A stretch of DNA of 63,804 nucleotides, filler included, from Bigelowiella natans CCMP2755 (taxonomy: Eukaryota > Protista > Cercozoa): NCBI GenBank assembly GCA_000320545.1. It is 9 parts of 9 records of this genome, joined end to end, with 100 filler letters (N's around TTAATTAATTAA, not from the genome) between each part and the next. Parts side by side here need not be neighbours in the genome. Positions count along the whole stretch, not along the records: positions 28,930 to 42,840 come from ADNK01000672.1; positions 42,941 to 54,770 come from ADNK01002004.1; 7 more parts are not named here. One strand, 5' to 3'. The position numbers and the translations under genes are program-made. Shown piece after piece: positions 37,078 through 50,931 of this stretch; the stretch's first letter is position 1; each line of letters opens with the position of its first letter. The notes under the pieces were generated by a model that saw nothing but the letters and a program-made list of their open reading frames with translations, had not been told where the DNA came from and searched no databases.

Positions 37078-38547
37078 CTACCTTACTTCGCAGTCTTCGC
37101 CCCCCCTGAGATGGGAGGAGGAGGAGGAGGAGGAGGGGGAGGAAGGAGCCGTCATGAAGAGCTCTGTGTTGGCTTTCGCCTCTGCCTCGATCCCCTCCAG
37201 TCCCTCCCCAGCGGCATCACCCACAGCCGTCAGCCCTTCTTCGCCGTAGTCGTTATCATTGTCAGCAAGCCCCCCTCCGCCAAGCATTCTCTTCGTCACC
37301 TGATGGTCCCACAGAGCCCACAGCCAGGGGTCGTTGGCGGCTCGCCTTCGCTCCAAGAAGTTCCGTTCCTTCTTCGCGTCGCTGATGTATGCTCCGCGGA
37401 ACTTGCCGGCTTTGTCGTCTTGGTTGGTGGGGTTGCCAGCGTCGCTTTCTTGAGCTACCTGGTTGTACGAAAAGAGTAAGGGGCTCACGATCATGATGAT
37501 TGGAAGAAGAAGAAAGGCTGGCAATGCACAATGACGCTCGTGCGAAAAAAACCCATCTCTCTAACCTAATCTGAAAGTAAGAGGCACCACCTTTCCTGTG
37601 ACTTTGTCGATGTCGTAGTAAAACGGGATCCCGGTCGGAATGTTCAGGTCCTCTATCTGCTCGGCCGGAATGTCATCGAGGTGCATCACGAGCGCGCGAA
37701 TCGTGTTTGCATGGGCAACCAGCAGCGTGTAATCGGAGTCCACGCTCCCACTGAAGGAGGGGCTACGCACCTCGGCTAAGATGTCCTTCCATGCACCAAG
37801 CACCCGAATTTGGCAGTCCTGAAGCGACTCGCCGAGAGGAATGTCCGTCCTCATGCTTCGATAGCGGGGATCGTTGTTGATGGCGTCGAAATGGGGATGG
37901 TCTCTGGTCATCATGGGCGGCCTCGCCACGTAGCTCCGTCTCCATTTCATCACACGCGAGCGTCCGAGCCGCACCGCAGTTCGATCCTTCGAGAGACCCT
38001 GCAGGGCTCCGTAATGCCTTTCGTTCAGCCGCCAATCATACTGAATCGGCGTGTAGGCAACACCTGCAGCCTCCAGCGCACGATGCGCCGTCACGATGGA
38101 GCGAGTCAGCATGGAAGCGATGCACTTGCGGAAAGTAAGTTGGTGAGACGCGAACACCTGACCTGCCTCGACGGCCTCCACAACACCTCTCTGTGTCAGG
38201 GCCACGTCGCACCAGCCAGTGAAGATGTTGGCATTGTTGAACTCAGACTCTCCGTGTCGCATGAGTACGAATCGGTGGGCGTTGTTGGGAACAGGTGGGA
38301 GGGTGGAGAATTTTCGTCGATCTGTAGAAGAGGAAATCCCACCGAAGCATGCTGCCTTACGTTGCCTGCAGCTCCAGCGGCGCATCATCGGTGCTGGATC
38401 GACCCTTCTCATTCCCCGAAAAAAGTTTCCCTGTCTTTCCGTCCTGATACGCGCGCCGGTCTGCGCGGGGGAGAAAGGACCATTCCTTCTGCTATGTACT
38501 ACCGGAGAGTTTACAAGAAGAATAACGAACACCAGAACCCAGTCCAT
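37078..38547 (-). CDS. gpmA: 2,3-bisphosphoglycerate-dependent phosphoglycerate mutase with signal + transit-like leader and C-terminal extension; one intron
   Basis: LMRHGESEFN..FTGWCDV.LT..G, WRLNERHYGALQGL, WRRSY, ESL.D, VAHANTIRAL, LNIPTGIP; leader MDWVLVFVILLVNSPVVHS followed by an Arg-rich stretch; second exon VAQESD..FLERRRAANDPWLWAL..CEVR*. Confidence 0.93.
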
Positions 38548-39031
38548 GACTGGGTCCACAGGCAGAGGAGCGGAGGGAGGGGAACTGGGCCGGTGTCAAT
38601 CGTGTCTCGTGTGTTAGGCGACGAGGAAGTTTGAATAAAAAACGCAGTCGATTCCTTTCGATGTAGATCTGAAAGTGTTGTCGCAGAAATAAAAACGACA
38701 CTATTTTTTCCCTGTGTTCCTGAGGACCTAACGGAAAACGAGTACGATTTTTTTTTGAACCGAAGCTTTCCGACAGGGATCAGTTAAACAACGGCGACTT
38801 TCCCACATGTCAACTATAGGGGTAAATACTCGACATTCACATACGAAGACAAACTTACATTGAAAGTCGTAGAAGAAAATCGGGAAATAATGCTGTTCGA
38901 AGAGAACCGGAGACATTAGCTAGCTATTTGTCCGAAGGACGTTGCTGTGAACTTTTCCCCAGGATATACTCCGGGTAGATTAGCGCCGAAAATATACATA
39001 AATAACAACAATAACAACAATTGATCCGACC

Positions 39032-40913
39032 ATGCCGTCCAAAAGGAGCCGAAAGGTTTGTGAAGACCGGGAGGGGGAGGGGTGGGAGGGAGATGTAAGG
39101 TTTTATCAATTATCATCTGCTAAAAATATACATATAGTAGAAGGGATGTAATCCGCACAGTGTGTACAATAGTGCTGAAGCAGCTGAACAGCTTAACACA
39201 GCCAACACACACACACTCACACACTCACACACTCACACACTCACACACTCACTCACCCACACACACACACACGACTCACTTGCGTGTGTTTAACCTCAGA
39301 GAGGGGGCGAAAAGAGGAAGAAGACTATAGCTCCGGGTAGGGGAAAAAAGATCCAGAAGAAAAAACGTAGAGAGCAGCAGGAGGAAGAAAAGGACGAGAG
39401 CCTGTTTGAACTCCTCAGCGACGATCCTGAGGAAGAGGAGGCAGAGACGCAAATGACCAAACACGGCAACGGCGAGGGGGAAGAGAATGATGGGGGAGTA
39501 GACGACGAAAAAGACGGCTTCACGCCGAAGGTGCGGATTTCCGCAGAGGTCGTGGAACAGGAAAACATCGAAACGAAAAGTGCTGAAAAGGCAGGCGCGA
39601 ACCCGAGTAAGGCCGGCACCGTCGCCAACGGGAATGAGACAGGCGAAGACGTTGTTACGTGGGAGTCCCTCGGTCTCAGCGAGCCCATGCTGCGTGCTGT
39701 AAAAGCCGTCAAATGGAAGTACCCCTCGGAAATCCAAAGAGAGTCGTTGCCGTACTCGCTCCAGAACCGCGACATCATTGGCCTCGCAGAGACTGGCTCG
39801 GGGAAAACAGGGGCGTTCGCCATACCGATCGTGGAGGCCCTTCTCGAAGCGCCGCAGCCTTTCTTCGCCCTTGTTCTGGCTCCCACACGAGAGCTCGCCT
39901 ACCAAATATCAGAGCAATTCGAGGCCCTTGGCGCAGAGATAGGTCTAAAGACGGCGGTGATAGTCGGGGGGATGGATATGATGGATCAAGCCATTATTCT
40001 CGCGAAGCGGCCGCACATCGTCGTGGCCACGCCAGGTCGCATCGTCGATCACCTCGAGAACACCAAGGGGTTCAACCTGAGGAAGCTGAAGTTTCTATGC
40101 ATGGACGAGGCGGACCGTTTGCTGAACCTCGACTTCGAGAAGGAGCTCGACAAGATCCTCGACGTCATCCCTCGCGAGCGGCGCACCTTCCTCTTCTCGG
40201 CCACGATGACCAACAAGGTGAAGAAGCTCCAGCGGGCCTCGCTGTCCGACCCGGTCAAGATCACCGTTTCGCACAAGTACCAGACGGTGTCGCAGCTGCA
40301 GCAGAAGTACCTCTTCGTCCCCGCCAAGTATAAGGACGTATACCTGACGTACATTCTCAACGACATGGCTGGCAACTCGTTCATGGTGTTCGTCGCCACG
40401 TGCGAGCACGCGCAGCGCGTCTCCCTGATGCTGCGGAATCTTGGGTTTCTGGCCATCCCGTTGCACGGCAAGATGTCGCAGCCAAAGCGCCTCGGCGCCC
40501 TTAACAAGTACAGGTCCGGGGAATCCAGCATTCTCGTCGCGACGGACGTTGCGAGCCGCGGCCTGGATATCCCGCACGTGGACGTGGTCATCAACTACGA
40601 CGTCCCCACGCACTCGAAGGACTACATCCATCGCGTGGGGAGGACCGCGCGAGCGGGGAGGTCTGGCACGGCAATCACTTGCGTAACGCAGTACGATGTG
40701 GAGCTGTTTCAGAGGATAGAGAAGCTAATCGGGCAGAAGATGGCCGAACACCCAACATCGCAGGATTCGGTGATGATTCTCCTAGAGCGTGTCACGGAAG
40801 CACAGCGCATAGCCGCTATGGACCTCAGGGACTCTCTGTCTGCGGAGGGCGGCAGGAAGAACAAGAAGCAGAACCGAAGCGCACAACGCCAATATAATAG
40901 GAAAAGACGATAG
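39032..40913 (+). CDS. DDX47: DEAD-box RNA helicase DDX47/RRP3
   Basis: [36 protein letters not shown] plus family signature [16 protein letters not shown]. Short first exon MPSKRSRK (39032-39055), intron to 39299. Confidence 0.96.
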
Positions 40914-40962
40914 ATGTGCCTGCTTGCTTGCATGTATGGCATGTATTCAGTGATCATGTGCG

Positions 40963-41005
<43 letters not shown>

Positions 41006-41061
41006 CGTGCGTCACGAGTGCCCATAGCTGGCAGGCGCGCATCTTACACAATAGACACAAC

Positions 41062-41098
<37 letters not shown>

Positions 41099-41778
41099 GT
41101 ATAAAGTATACTGTGTCTTCATATAGCACACCCCGTATATACATAATAACACATACAACACATAATGTATATACTGTGTCTACAGTGATCTAGCTAGTCA
41201 CCGATCATCCAAGCATGGATTGAATCAAGTTGCTGTATAGTCCTATTTTGCCAGCGGGAAGCTTTGCAATAAAGCGGTGGTGCAATGTCACGAGCATGCG
41301 CGCATAGCGGCCTAGTTAGCTATACATGGCCGCAATTTCACTAGCGAGGCTACGACGAAATCCCCATTCACATGCAAGGCAGGATAAGTACCAGACCAAT
41401 AAGGCATGTATTATTCTACAGGCGTGGCTGCTTATTTTTACTCTAAAGCGTATCATATAGCTAGATAGCATGGTGATAGTTGAAAGCTGCTGATAAAACA
41501 TATAAATTTATCTCAAGATCTGTATATTTCGTACCCGCCAGCGCTTAGTGTATCGACCAATTCCTGTGCGTTTGGCTATGCATGCGCCTCGCGGTGGTAT
41601 GGCAAGCCACATGTGCTCTACAAGGACGTTCTTGTACTCGAAGGACGCTGTGATACGCTTCTAAATCTACACAACTAAAACGAGACCAGTCGACCCCATA
41701 ATCTTCACGATTGAAAGGGGCGCTGCGCTGCGCTGCACTGTGGCTATGCTAGTCACGCCAACACCGCCCATCAATGAT

Positions 41779-42840
41779 TCATGCATCGTCATCCTCATCA
41801 TCATCCCACTCGATGTCGACATCGAAGTCCTCGGCCTCCTTCTTCATCTTCGCGAGCCCCGTCACCTCCTCGAGGTGCGCGGGCTTGTTCAGAGCGTCCA
41901 CCACGAAATCCCAATCCTTTTTCCGGTACCACTCAACCACGACGTCCGAGCACGCAGTACACTTGTCGTACGCGTTGCCGGTGATGCTCAGGAGGCTGAA
42001 CTGCCGGAGCGAGCCGCGGATTTGATGGGGCATCGCTCCCAGTTCCCCCTCGCCGCCGCCCCCCCCCTCCCCCACCGACGTGTTATGCAGCAGGGAGATG
42101 GCCATCTCCGCCGAAAGCGCGCTGGCAATGGGCGCGAGGCCTGGGCGGGTGACGGTGCACTGCTGGTCAAGAGTTCGGTCCGAGAGCGAGTCCGTCGGCG
42201 CCACCACGTCGTTGCAGAAGTAGCAGCCGAGCCTCCGCCCCTCCCGCTTCTTCTCTTCCTCTCGGCGCGTGCCGTGGCGCATCACAACGAAGGTGTCGAA
42301 GCCGAGGGCGGCGTTTATCTGCAAAACGTCATTATCGGACCTCAGAAAGCTGTGAGAGAACGCCTCGAGCGAACAGACCCGAAAACGCATTAATATACAA
42401 CATGCAAACAAGCACTATCTCTCTCGCAGGCTCCTTGCCATTCGCAGCTGTTGATCCATATCATGCACCGTACGTAGTCTCTCCACCAGCGGCCAAAACG
42501 CGGCTGCTTAGGCTGCACATACCAGGAGTTTGTTGTGGGCAGAGGCTATCAGCGACGGAAGCCATCGACTTTCCTGCATTCGGGAAACGGGGAAATATGG
42601 ATAAGGTTGGTTAGGACACACCGAGAAGAACCACACAAACGCGGAAAAACAATAGGCTACAATGAAAACGACGACTGCTGCTACTCCTCCGCCTACTGAT
42701 GTTGTTGTTGTTGTTCTTCTTCTACAACATCATCTCAACCGCTGTTAACCAAATGGAGAGACATTCGCTCAAAAAGCCAAAAGCACACCGCCAACGACGC
42801 ACCCTGCTATCAGTGAGGAGAAAGATGATGTCGTGCTTAA
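41779..42840 (-). CDS. ATG7: Autophagy E1-like enzyme ATG7, C-terminal part
   Basis: [21 protein letters not shown]..[16 protein letters not shown], [43 protein letters not shown]. Confidence 0.96.
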
Positions 42841-42940
42841 NNNNNNNNNNNNNNNNNNNNNNNNNNNNNNNNNNNNNNNNNNNNTTAATTAATTAANNNN
42901 NNNNNNNNNNNNNNNNNNNNNNNNNNNNNNNNNNNNNNNN
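42841..42940. other. Artificial contig linker
   Basis: N44-TTAATTAATTAA-N44. Confidence 0.98.
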
Positions 42941-44032
42941 GAGAGCTGACTTGAACCGATTTAATTCACCTCTACTTCCTCCACGGGCACACGCCGTTGG
43001 CCTTGTTTGCCAAAAGACTCCAAATGGCCATGCCCTGTACGTTTCTGTCGATGATGCTGCCCCTCATCATTGTCATCAGCATCGTTCCAGTCGCCATCTT
43101 CGAATGAGCAGGTCCTCGGAGCTCGTCCATCAGATGTGTCATCCTGATCGTCACCGGGCTCTTTATCACCTTCCTCGCTGTATTCCTTCTCAAGGCCGTC
43201 GCCGCCGTCGGCATTATCGCCCTCGTCGTTATCTTCGCCTCCTAGTGGAGACCCGAAACGGCTGCAGGAGTGGTGGTACAACGGCAAGAATGTAGTGCTG
43301 TTCCACTGCTTGAGGTGTCTGAGGAGGGGGGGTGGGCGACGATGACGACACGACGACGACGACGACTATTATCAGTAAGGTGTGGGTGGCACAAAAATAT
43401 ACTCTTATATTGCCTCGGACTCACCGCAGCTGTCAGGATAAATGCACATTTTGCCTCACATACACTACCCTCTCTTCGCGTTACTTATATCACAACTAGC
43501 TGCTTGTATGAGAATATAACAGCACAAAAAAGATGGCTGTCAGAATAGCCGCTGTAGCACTGACTTTCGCTTCATGCAGAGTGCCACCCTCACGAAGGTT
43601 TCCTCAGGATCTTTGCCGAACTTTGACCGCGCATGGAAGCTGTGCGCGTGGTGGTCTTGCTCCAGGAGAACTGTGACGATGATGATAACGAAGAAGAAGA
43701 AGAAGAAGAAGAAGGAGGAGGAGGGGGAGGAGGAGGAGATGAAAATCCAGTCGGAATAAAGAATAATTGTGTCTCCTAAAGTCAAGAACCGATGATGCCC
43801 GCTCTTCTTCTTGTCCCCACCCATTGTGCATACAAATTTCCGAGTTTCAAGTGTGTTTCAGGAGGGAGGACCGACCTTCGCATTCTTCATCGGTTACGGA
43901 AGGCAAGCCATGAGACAGCCGTTGAGAGGTCGGAAGAAGGATGAGAATGGATTGCAGGAAAAACGCCACCAGCTCAGGTCGACGCGGCCTCGTATCCCGC
44001 CGCCCCCACCCAAGCCACACGCCATTAATCAT
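42941..44032 (-). CDS. 5' part of a hypothetical protein with signal-peptide-like start and acidic region
   Basis: MINGVWLGWGRRDTRPRRPELVAFFLQSILILLPTS..; downstream exon SPLGGEDNDEGDNADGGDGLEKEYSEE..; divergent from RRP40. Confidence 0.4.
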
Positions 44033-44281
44033 GGGCTCCTCGGAAGGGGCGTTGCAAAGATGGGCAGCAAAATACGATAATTTACTTAAAATCCCAGCGA
44101 ATTTCCTTCTGCGACAAGACACTTTACTGGAATGAGAGACTAATCGGCGCTGGTGATTTTCTAGGAAAGAAATTTTCGATGTTTCTGGGATAGATTGCCG
44201 CAGCAACGAGACTAGTGCGTGCAGAGCCCATTGCTTCGAAGCGTCCCTTGGTGCGGGCGCCCCCATCCGAGGAGCGACGTC

Positions 44282-44816
44282 ATGGCATCATCCTCGTCGA
44301 CGAAGGCCAAAAGCAGGGGGCAGCCCCTTGTATCAGCGTTTCCAGGTTGGTAGGGAAAGGAGCTGCTGCTGCTGCTGCTGCTGGTGGTGGTGGTGCGGGG
44401 AAGGGTTGTTCCCCAAGCTGATCTGTTTGGTGCGTTGTGTGTGTGTGTGTGTGTGTGTGCATCTTCAGGCGATGAGATCGACTTGAAAGGACTCCCCACC
44501 CGCCTCGGCAACGGAGTTGTAAGTGCTTCCTCGAAAATGAAAATTGGGGGGGATAGAGACGGTGCAAGGAAGGGCTTTACCTGGCATGAGAGAAACTCCA
44601 AGCACGATAGTATTTGTTAACCCCACCCATCATCAGGTGCAGAATGAGGACGAGAAGGCCGTGGCCTCGCGATACGGCATTGTGAAACGATCGAATAACA
44701 ACCGTGTTTGGATTGACAGTTACAGGAAGCGCTACATCGCTTCGGTCGGAGACTGGGTTCTGGGAGTGGTAAGTTGTTCACTCAGTAGTAGTAGTAGTAG
44801 TAGTAGCAGCAGCAGC

Positions 44817-44856
<40 letters not shown>

Positions 44857-46580
44857 AAGTCCAGACTTAGTCTGGCAAGACACGCCCTCGCCATCCATCA
44901 ATATATACGGAACTACTACCAGGCCGAACCATGTTCGTGTTCTTGATAGATCTGTGTTCCAATGGGCGGGGTAGCTTGGGAGATGTGGGGGTGGAGGCTT
45001 GATCTAAACAGCGGAGATTATGCTCACTACTACAATTGAATAACTAGGTCACGGAGAAGCACTCGAACGATTACCGCGTGGATATTGGAGAGGTCTTTTC
45101 CAGCATATATTTGGCATTGAGCAAAGCTAGAAATCATACGATGCTGCGAGGGGTGAAAGGGGCCGAATATACCTTTTGAATGGGAAATGCACAACAGTAT
45201 ACCAATTGGTATAATAAAGCATAATATATACACTCTGCGTCATATATTTTGAAAGGACCAAGACGCACGGTTGTCAATGCTTTCTTTCGAGGGCGCAACG
45301 AAGAGGAACCGGCCCAATTTGGAGGTACGACGTAGGAGACGGATGGGGGAGGGGGGATGGGGGATGAGGGTCAGAGAGGATCCCACACGATATACCTTTC
45401 TGCTCTTTCAATCAAAATTCTTCCTACATTCATTATCATCCATGCACAACAGTGAAATGAGTTTTTTAACAAAAATCATTCAGCTCGGGAGCTTAGTTTA
45501 CTGCGGGGTTTCTACAGCAAACAAAGACATGGAGGTTGCGCTGCTGCCCCTCTGTGACTACGGCGACAATGATGATGACGATGATGATGATTATGATCAA
45601 TGAGAGTTAAGCCTTGCTACAACTGTACACGTACTTTACTTGTAAGAAGTTTTGGTTCGTGTGTTTTCTTCCACAGCCAAACTTGGGCGCCATTTTGTCG
45701 GTTCCTTTAGCTGATAATTTGTCTTCTCTATATTCTTCCTCCTTCACAAATGTTATCAGAGTGAGCTGACGTGTATATCGCCGTTTACGAAGAAAGAATG
45801 GGTAACTGGCCAAACCCTCTTCGGCCTCTTGAAGGGGGGCTATGTGTTCAAATGCTCCTTGCGGCTTGCAAGAAGGTATATTATATTTTATATTTTCACG
45901 ATGTTTCTTCTTTCTCGTTCGCCCTGTTTTCCTCTTCAATTTCTTTTCATCCACCATTTGCTCAATCAGGACAAGACTGTATTACTGCCATTATCATCAT
46001 TATCATCGTCGTCGTCATCATCATCATCATTACATCATTGTTGTCGTTGTTGCTGTCTCCATCGTCGTTACTCTCATCCTCAGCCTCATATCTCCTCGAT
46101 GCCACGTGCTTCGCTCACTTGGCGCTGTTCTCAAATACGAGGTACGATAGGACGTTCCGAGTAGTAGTAGTGGTAGTAGTCGTTGTAGCAGCAGCAGCAC
46201 TCTAAATATTGTTAAACTATTAGAAAAACTCACAGGCAATAAAGTAAAAAAACCAAGGAGCGCCACGACTTATCCTTCATGTTAGTTTGTGGAGGCTCGA
46301 CTTGCGAATCATACCAAAGTCATCACACCCCTCATACACTACTAACCCTTACCCTACCCCCCCCCCCGCCTCCCATTGTTGTGCCCTACGTTACGCAGCT
46401 TGCAGTAGGTATGAACGGGAAGGTGTGGGTCAATGCCAGCTCCGTGGAAGAGATCGTTATTATCTCCAAAATCATCGTGAATTCGGTCTGCTCATCGTCC
46501 GATCGCAATGATTGCAATGATTGTTGGTTTTGGGATTGCCCGGACAAAAATGGTTTTTCTTCTCGATAGCATCCTTTATT

Positions 46581-46622
<42 letters not shown>

Positions 46623-46701
46623 GCTTTCTTATTAGGAGTTTCTGAGCGATAAGGACGTGGATACGATGATAGAATTCACTCTCGAGAGGATTGCAAAGTA
46701 G
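44282..46701 (+). CDS. EXOSC3: Exosome component RRP40
   Basis: FPGDEI..RLGNGV, WIDSYRKRYIASVGDWVLGV, DYRVDIG, LSFEGATKRNRPNL, LGSLVY..ANKDME, FGLLKGGYVFKCSL, AVGMNGKVWV; ends TLERIAK*. Confidence 0.95.
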
Positions 46702-48127
46702 TAGTATGACTGAATGGAAGTCTCGTGGAAGTGAGATGCTTGCCCCGAGATCGTTTCATGATCAACGCAGAGTCACACTAACACGTCAATCGGCGAGCCA
46801 GGTCGCCACGCACAGGACATGTAGCGTTCTTCTGCTTCATTCGAAAGTCAAATCGAAATAAGATGTTCAGGTGTGCGAGAGACTCCATACCTCGCGAATC
46901 GTGTCACGAGCATAAACAATTATCCACATATATAGCGCTGCGTGCATGTGCACACACTATGGCTTATGCAAACCAAGATATGTACACATATGTTATCTAG
47001 ATATACTTCGAACATGTATACAGCGCCCCTATCTCAGATCTAGCCTTTGCAGTCGGCCTTAGCATATTTAATGACGATTTGCATCTCATAGTGTGCGCCA
47101 GCACATCATCTGGACCATGCATTGTGTATCGGCGCTGGCATCCAATGTATGCGTGCGGGTGTCAGCACGTGCTGCAGAGTTTAGAGAGAGTATATGGCTA
47201 GTACATATAGCATGGCCAAGTTACGCATACAACGTCTGGATGTGTATGTGCACCTATCTTTATCTGAAGAAGTAGAGTGCTGTTTTTCTCGCTTTCGGAT
47301 GTAGCATTACGCGCTTTGCTTCTTTACGCATGGCATAATGAGCAGTGCGGTCTTGGCGGTCGCAAGTACAGCTAGACTAGTGCAGCAAAACTATCATCAA
47401 ATGCACGGCTGTATTGGAGGCTGACGTGTCCAGACGTGTCGGCATCGACACGATACTCACCTCGCAAGACTTAGCAACATGAATGCATTTTTTCGTCGGT
47501 TCATTGTACAGAGACTGTGTCTCTGTATATCATTGCATAGAGTCTATTACATCTGTATGTAGATAAAGATTCGAACATGTGAAAACGCACGGCGTGCAAC
47601 AGCTTTAGGCACGATGTACATAAAGAGTATACTCTTGTGCCTATTTAAGTCGCAACGCACACGAGTGTTATCGGATGGTGATAAATCATCTGGGGATGGC
47701 CTCTCAGTGGCTCCTCATGCTGGCTTGTGTGTGAATTCAATAGGATTTGGATTAAATTTACGGGTTCTTGCTAGGAATGGATGAGTGCATCGCCACCAAC
47801 GTTTCTGCTGTTATTTGCGCTTGAGAGCGGACGTCCAAGTTCACCGGCTTCTCTTCTTCATGCTTAACATCGTCGCGCGTTGTTTCCTGGCGGAGCAAGG
47901 TTTTCGACAATGACACACCCCCACCTAGAGAATACAAGGGCGACCGAATAAGAGCGTGATCAGGGGATATGAAGGGGGGGGGGACGGTGAAGGGAAATGA
48001 GGGAAGTCAGCGGAGCTTCGAGGATGCACCTTCTTCGTTACTCCTCGGTTCTAATAGCCCAATGTTCGGAGGCAGATCTGTTGCGAATTAGAGGGAAGAG
48101 GCAGGGGGCAGCAGTTAAATGGTGTGT

Positions 48128-50118
48128 TCACGAGGAGATAGCTTTGGGCGAATCTATGACGCAACTACTACCTAGCCGTAACTTTCCAATTCTCGATAGG
48201 TTCTGAATCGAGGCGGGGAGGGACACCAGGCGATTATGCTCCAGTTGCAATCGTCTGAGCGCCGGCAGATTTCCGATCATTTTAGGCAGAGACGCGAGGC
48301 AGTTCCCTTCAAGATGTAGTCTTTCGAGCCTTAACAGCTTTGCAACCGTCGCTGGTAGGGACGTGAGGCGGTTATTGTGCAGATATAGCGATTCGAGTCC
48401 CGCAAGGTTCCCAACGGTGTGAGGCAGTGATATGAGGTGGTTATCTTCCAGATGCAGCTTTTCGAGCCTTGACAGGCGCGCAATCGCCGCTGGGAGGTTC
48501 TCGAGGTAGTTATGCTGCAAATGTAGACAGCGGAGCTCCGCCAGCTTTCCAATCGACTCGGGTATGGACGTGAGGCGGTTGCCTTCGAGACACAGCTTCT
48601 CGAGCCGCGAAAGGTACGCGATTGTTGCGGGTAGGGACTCAAGGCTGTTGTCGTGCAAGTACAGCCTTCGGAGCTCCGACAGGTTTCCAATAGTCGCGGG
48701 CAGTGCTGTCAGGTAGTTGTGCCCCAGATGTAGATATCTCAGGCTCGAAAGCTTGCCGATAATAGAGGGCAGATTCATGAGGGAGTTATGCCGTAGCTGA
48801 AGTCCTTGGAGGCCCGACATTTCCCCAATCGACCCGGGCAGGGACGTGAGGCGATTGTCATGCAGATGCAGTATTCTAAGCCTCTGCAGATTTCCAATCG
48901 TTCCAGGCAGGGAGGTGAGGCGGTTATTTTCTAGGAACAGAGATTCGAGACACGCCAGGTCGCCGACCGATGCGGGCAAGCTTTCAAGGCCGTTGGAGCC
49001 AACATCGAGTCTCGTTAAGCAGCGAAGCTGGCAGATCGAGTCTGGAAGTGACTGAAGGTAGTTGTAGGAGAGATTCATTTCTTTCAGGCGCGTAAGGAGC
49101 AGCAGGGACGGGGGCAGCTTGATCATCGCCTGGTTGACGAACTCAATGCTGCTTTCATTGTGGGGGAAGCGCTGTTGGAGTTCCCGTGTGCACAGGACCT
49201 GCGCAGCCCTGCCACGGCTGATGCTATTGCTGTTACCGCTGTGCTGGGGGAATGACGAAGAGGGAGCGTGGAGCTTTGCGAGTCTCGCCACCTTGAGCAT
49301 CATGCCTTCTCTTGACGGGCAGAAGTACAAGAGGGGGTGGTAAGCGAAAGGGCCTCTCTTCCATGTCGTCCCCTCTCCTCTTTGCAGCACTCCCAGGCGA
49401 TGGTCAAGTGCTCTGCACCCCCTCAGGACAAGGCTCCGAACAACGTGAGGTATGTAGTCCGACACCAACCTTTTCCCGAAAAGCTTCTCAGTATGAAAAA
49501 GGTCGCCTTTGCTGGGGGGGAGGGGGTATTGGTAGGTAGCAATGATAGTCCGTGATAACCATGATTTCATCACAGGAGAGCCGTGCTCCAAAGCGTGATT
49601 CGAAACGATGGCGTGGAAGGCCGCAAATCTTGTACCAGTGACGCTGCGATCGTCTCGATTGTGGTTCGCCAGGAGGTGCTTCGAGCTGGTGGTTGCTGTT
49701 AGGAAGAGGCACCTTTCTATGAATCTACGGTGTCGGTAGTTTTTGGAGTAGCCCAGAAAACTCACGGTTTCAATGATGAGATCGTTCCCGTGGTATAACC
49801 AAAAACTCTCGGTATTGACGAATTGCCGTCTATCCGGAGAGCCGGGGTATTGTTTGTCCAGACAACCCAAGGCGCCTATGTTGTCTGCCTGTTTGGCCTC
49901 GCTCAACAATTGTAGCAGCTTGCGGAGACGCTGATGAGGCAGTTGCAGTTGGGCCCGCAGAACGATTGTCGCCTATGTTCGAGGGAGAGGGGGGGGGGGG
50001 GGGGGAGACTTATGCAACTGCTGAAATTTAGGGTGGCAGAGTTTGTGTAGGATTTCGATGACAGCACCAACGAACACTGTTTCTATTCCGTATGTAGGTG
50101 AGATATCATGAAAACGAA

Positions 50119-50200
<82 letters not shown>

Positions 50201-50368
50201 TTTCCATTCGTGCCGACTGTCGGCTGTTTGCACCTTTTGTGTGGGCTCCTCGGTAGGCACTAATGCCTGATCCGACTTGCGTTTTTTATTACCCCTAATT
50301 TCAACATGTGCTAGAGGTCAGAAGAAAGAGTGTAAAGTAGATTACACGTAGGACGGGCGAGCGAGAAT

Positions 50369-50426
<58 letters not shown>

Positions 50427-50873
50427 TCAGAGGCGGCATCAAGGCAAGCTACAAACAGGTTGTAAGCAACCTGACTGAGGTTTTCGGCGGCTGGCCTAGC
50501 AAATGACATTCGTACATTGCCTCTATAAACTCATTCATCAGATTGATGTCAATTTTATGCTTCGCCGCCAGGTTTTTAAGTTCTGCCTGCCCCCTCCTGT
50601 TTCCAAACACCTTCTCGAGGTTAGGTCGGGAGGGCTTCTTTTTATGAAGGATAGCGTAAATGGGACTGTAACGTCGCCTGCAGGACATTATGTGCTTCGG
50701 GAGATTAGTCTTCAGATCCTTTTTGCAAAATGGACACTCTTGTGTAATCCTCTGAGTTTTTTCTGATGAAGACTGCGTCGTCCTGTCATTGAGACGAAAG
50801 AGGAAGAATATCAGACAAATTCTGGCACACACAATACAAAGATCCGTTTAGTTAACCTGTAGGAACGCTTCAT
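48128..50873 (-). CDS. Leucine-rich repeat protein (about 13 x 23-aa SHOC2/PIRL-type LRRs) with putative N-terminal C2HC zinc motif
   Basis: Repeats LxxLxLxxNxLxxLPxxIGxL in one large exon (48128-49909 ORF); upstream exon ECPFCKKDLKTNLPKHIMSC. The 3' end may splice on to about 47760. Confidence 0.85.
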
Positions 50874-50931
50874 GCTTGCGGACCGCACCGTTCTTCCTCG
50901 ATGACGCCTCCAGTCGAATTGTGCCTCGAAC

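Noticed and set aside
39300-39310. RGG at the start of DDX47 exon 2 as an LRGG leader motif
   Set aside because: The upstream exon is MPSKRSRK with no signal peptide.
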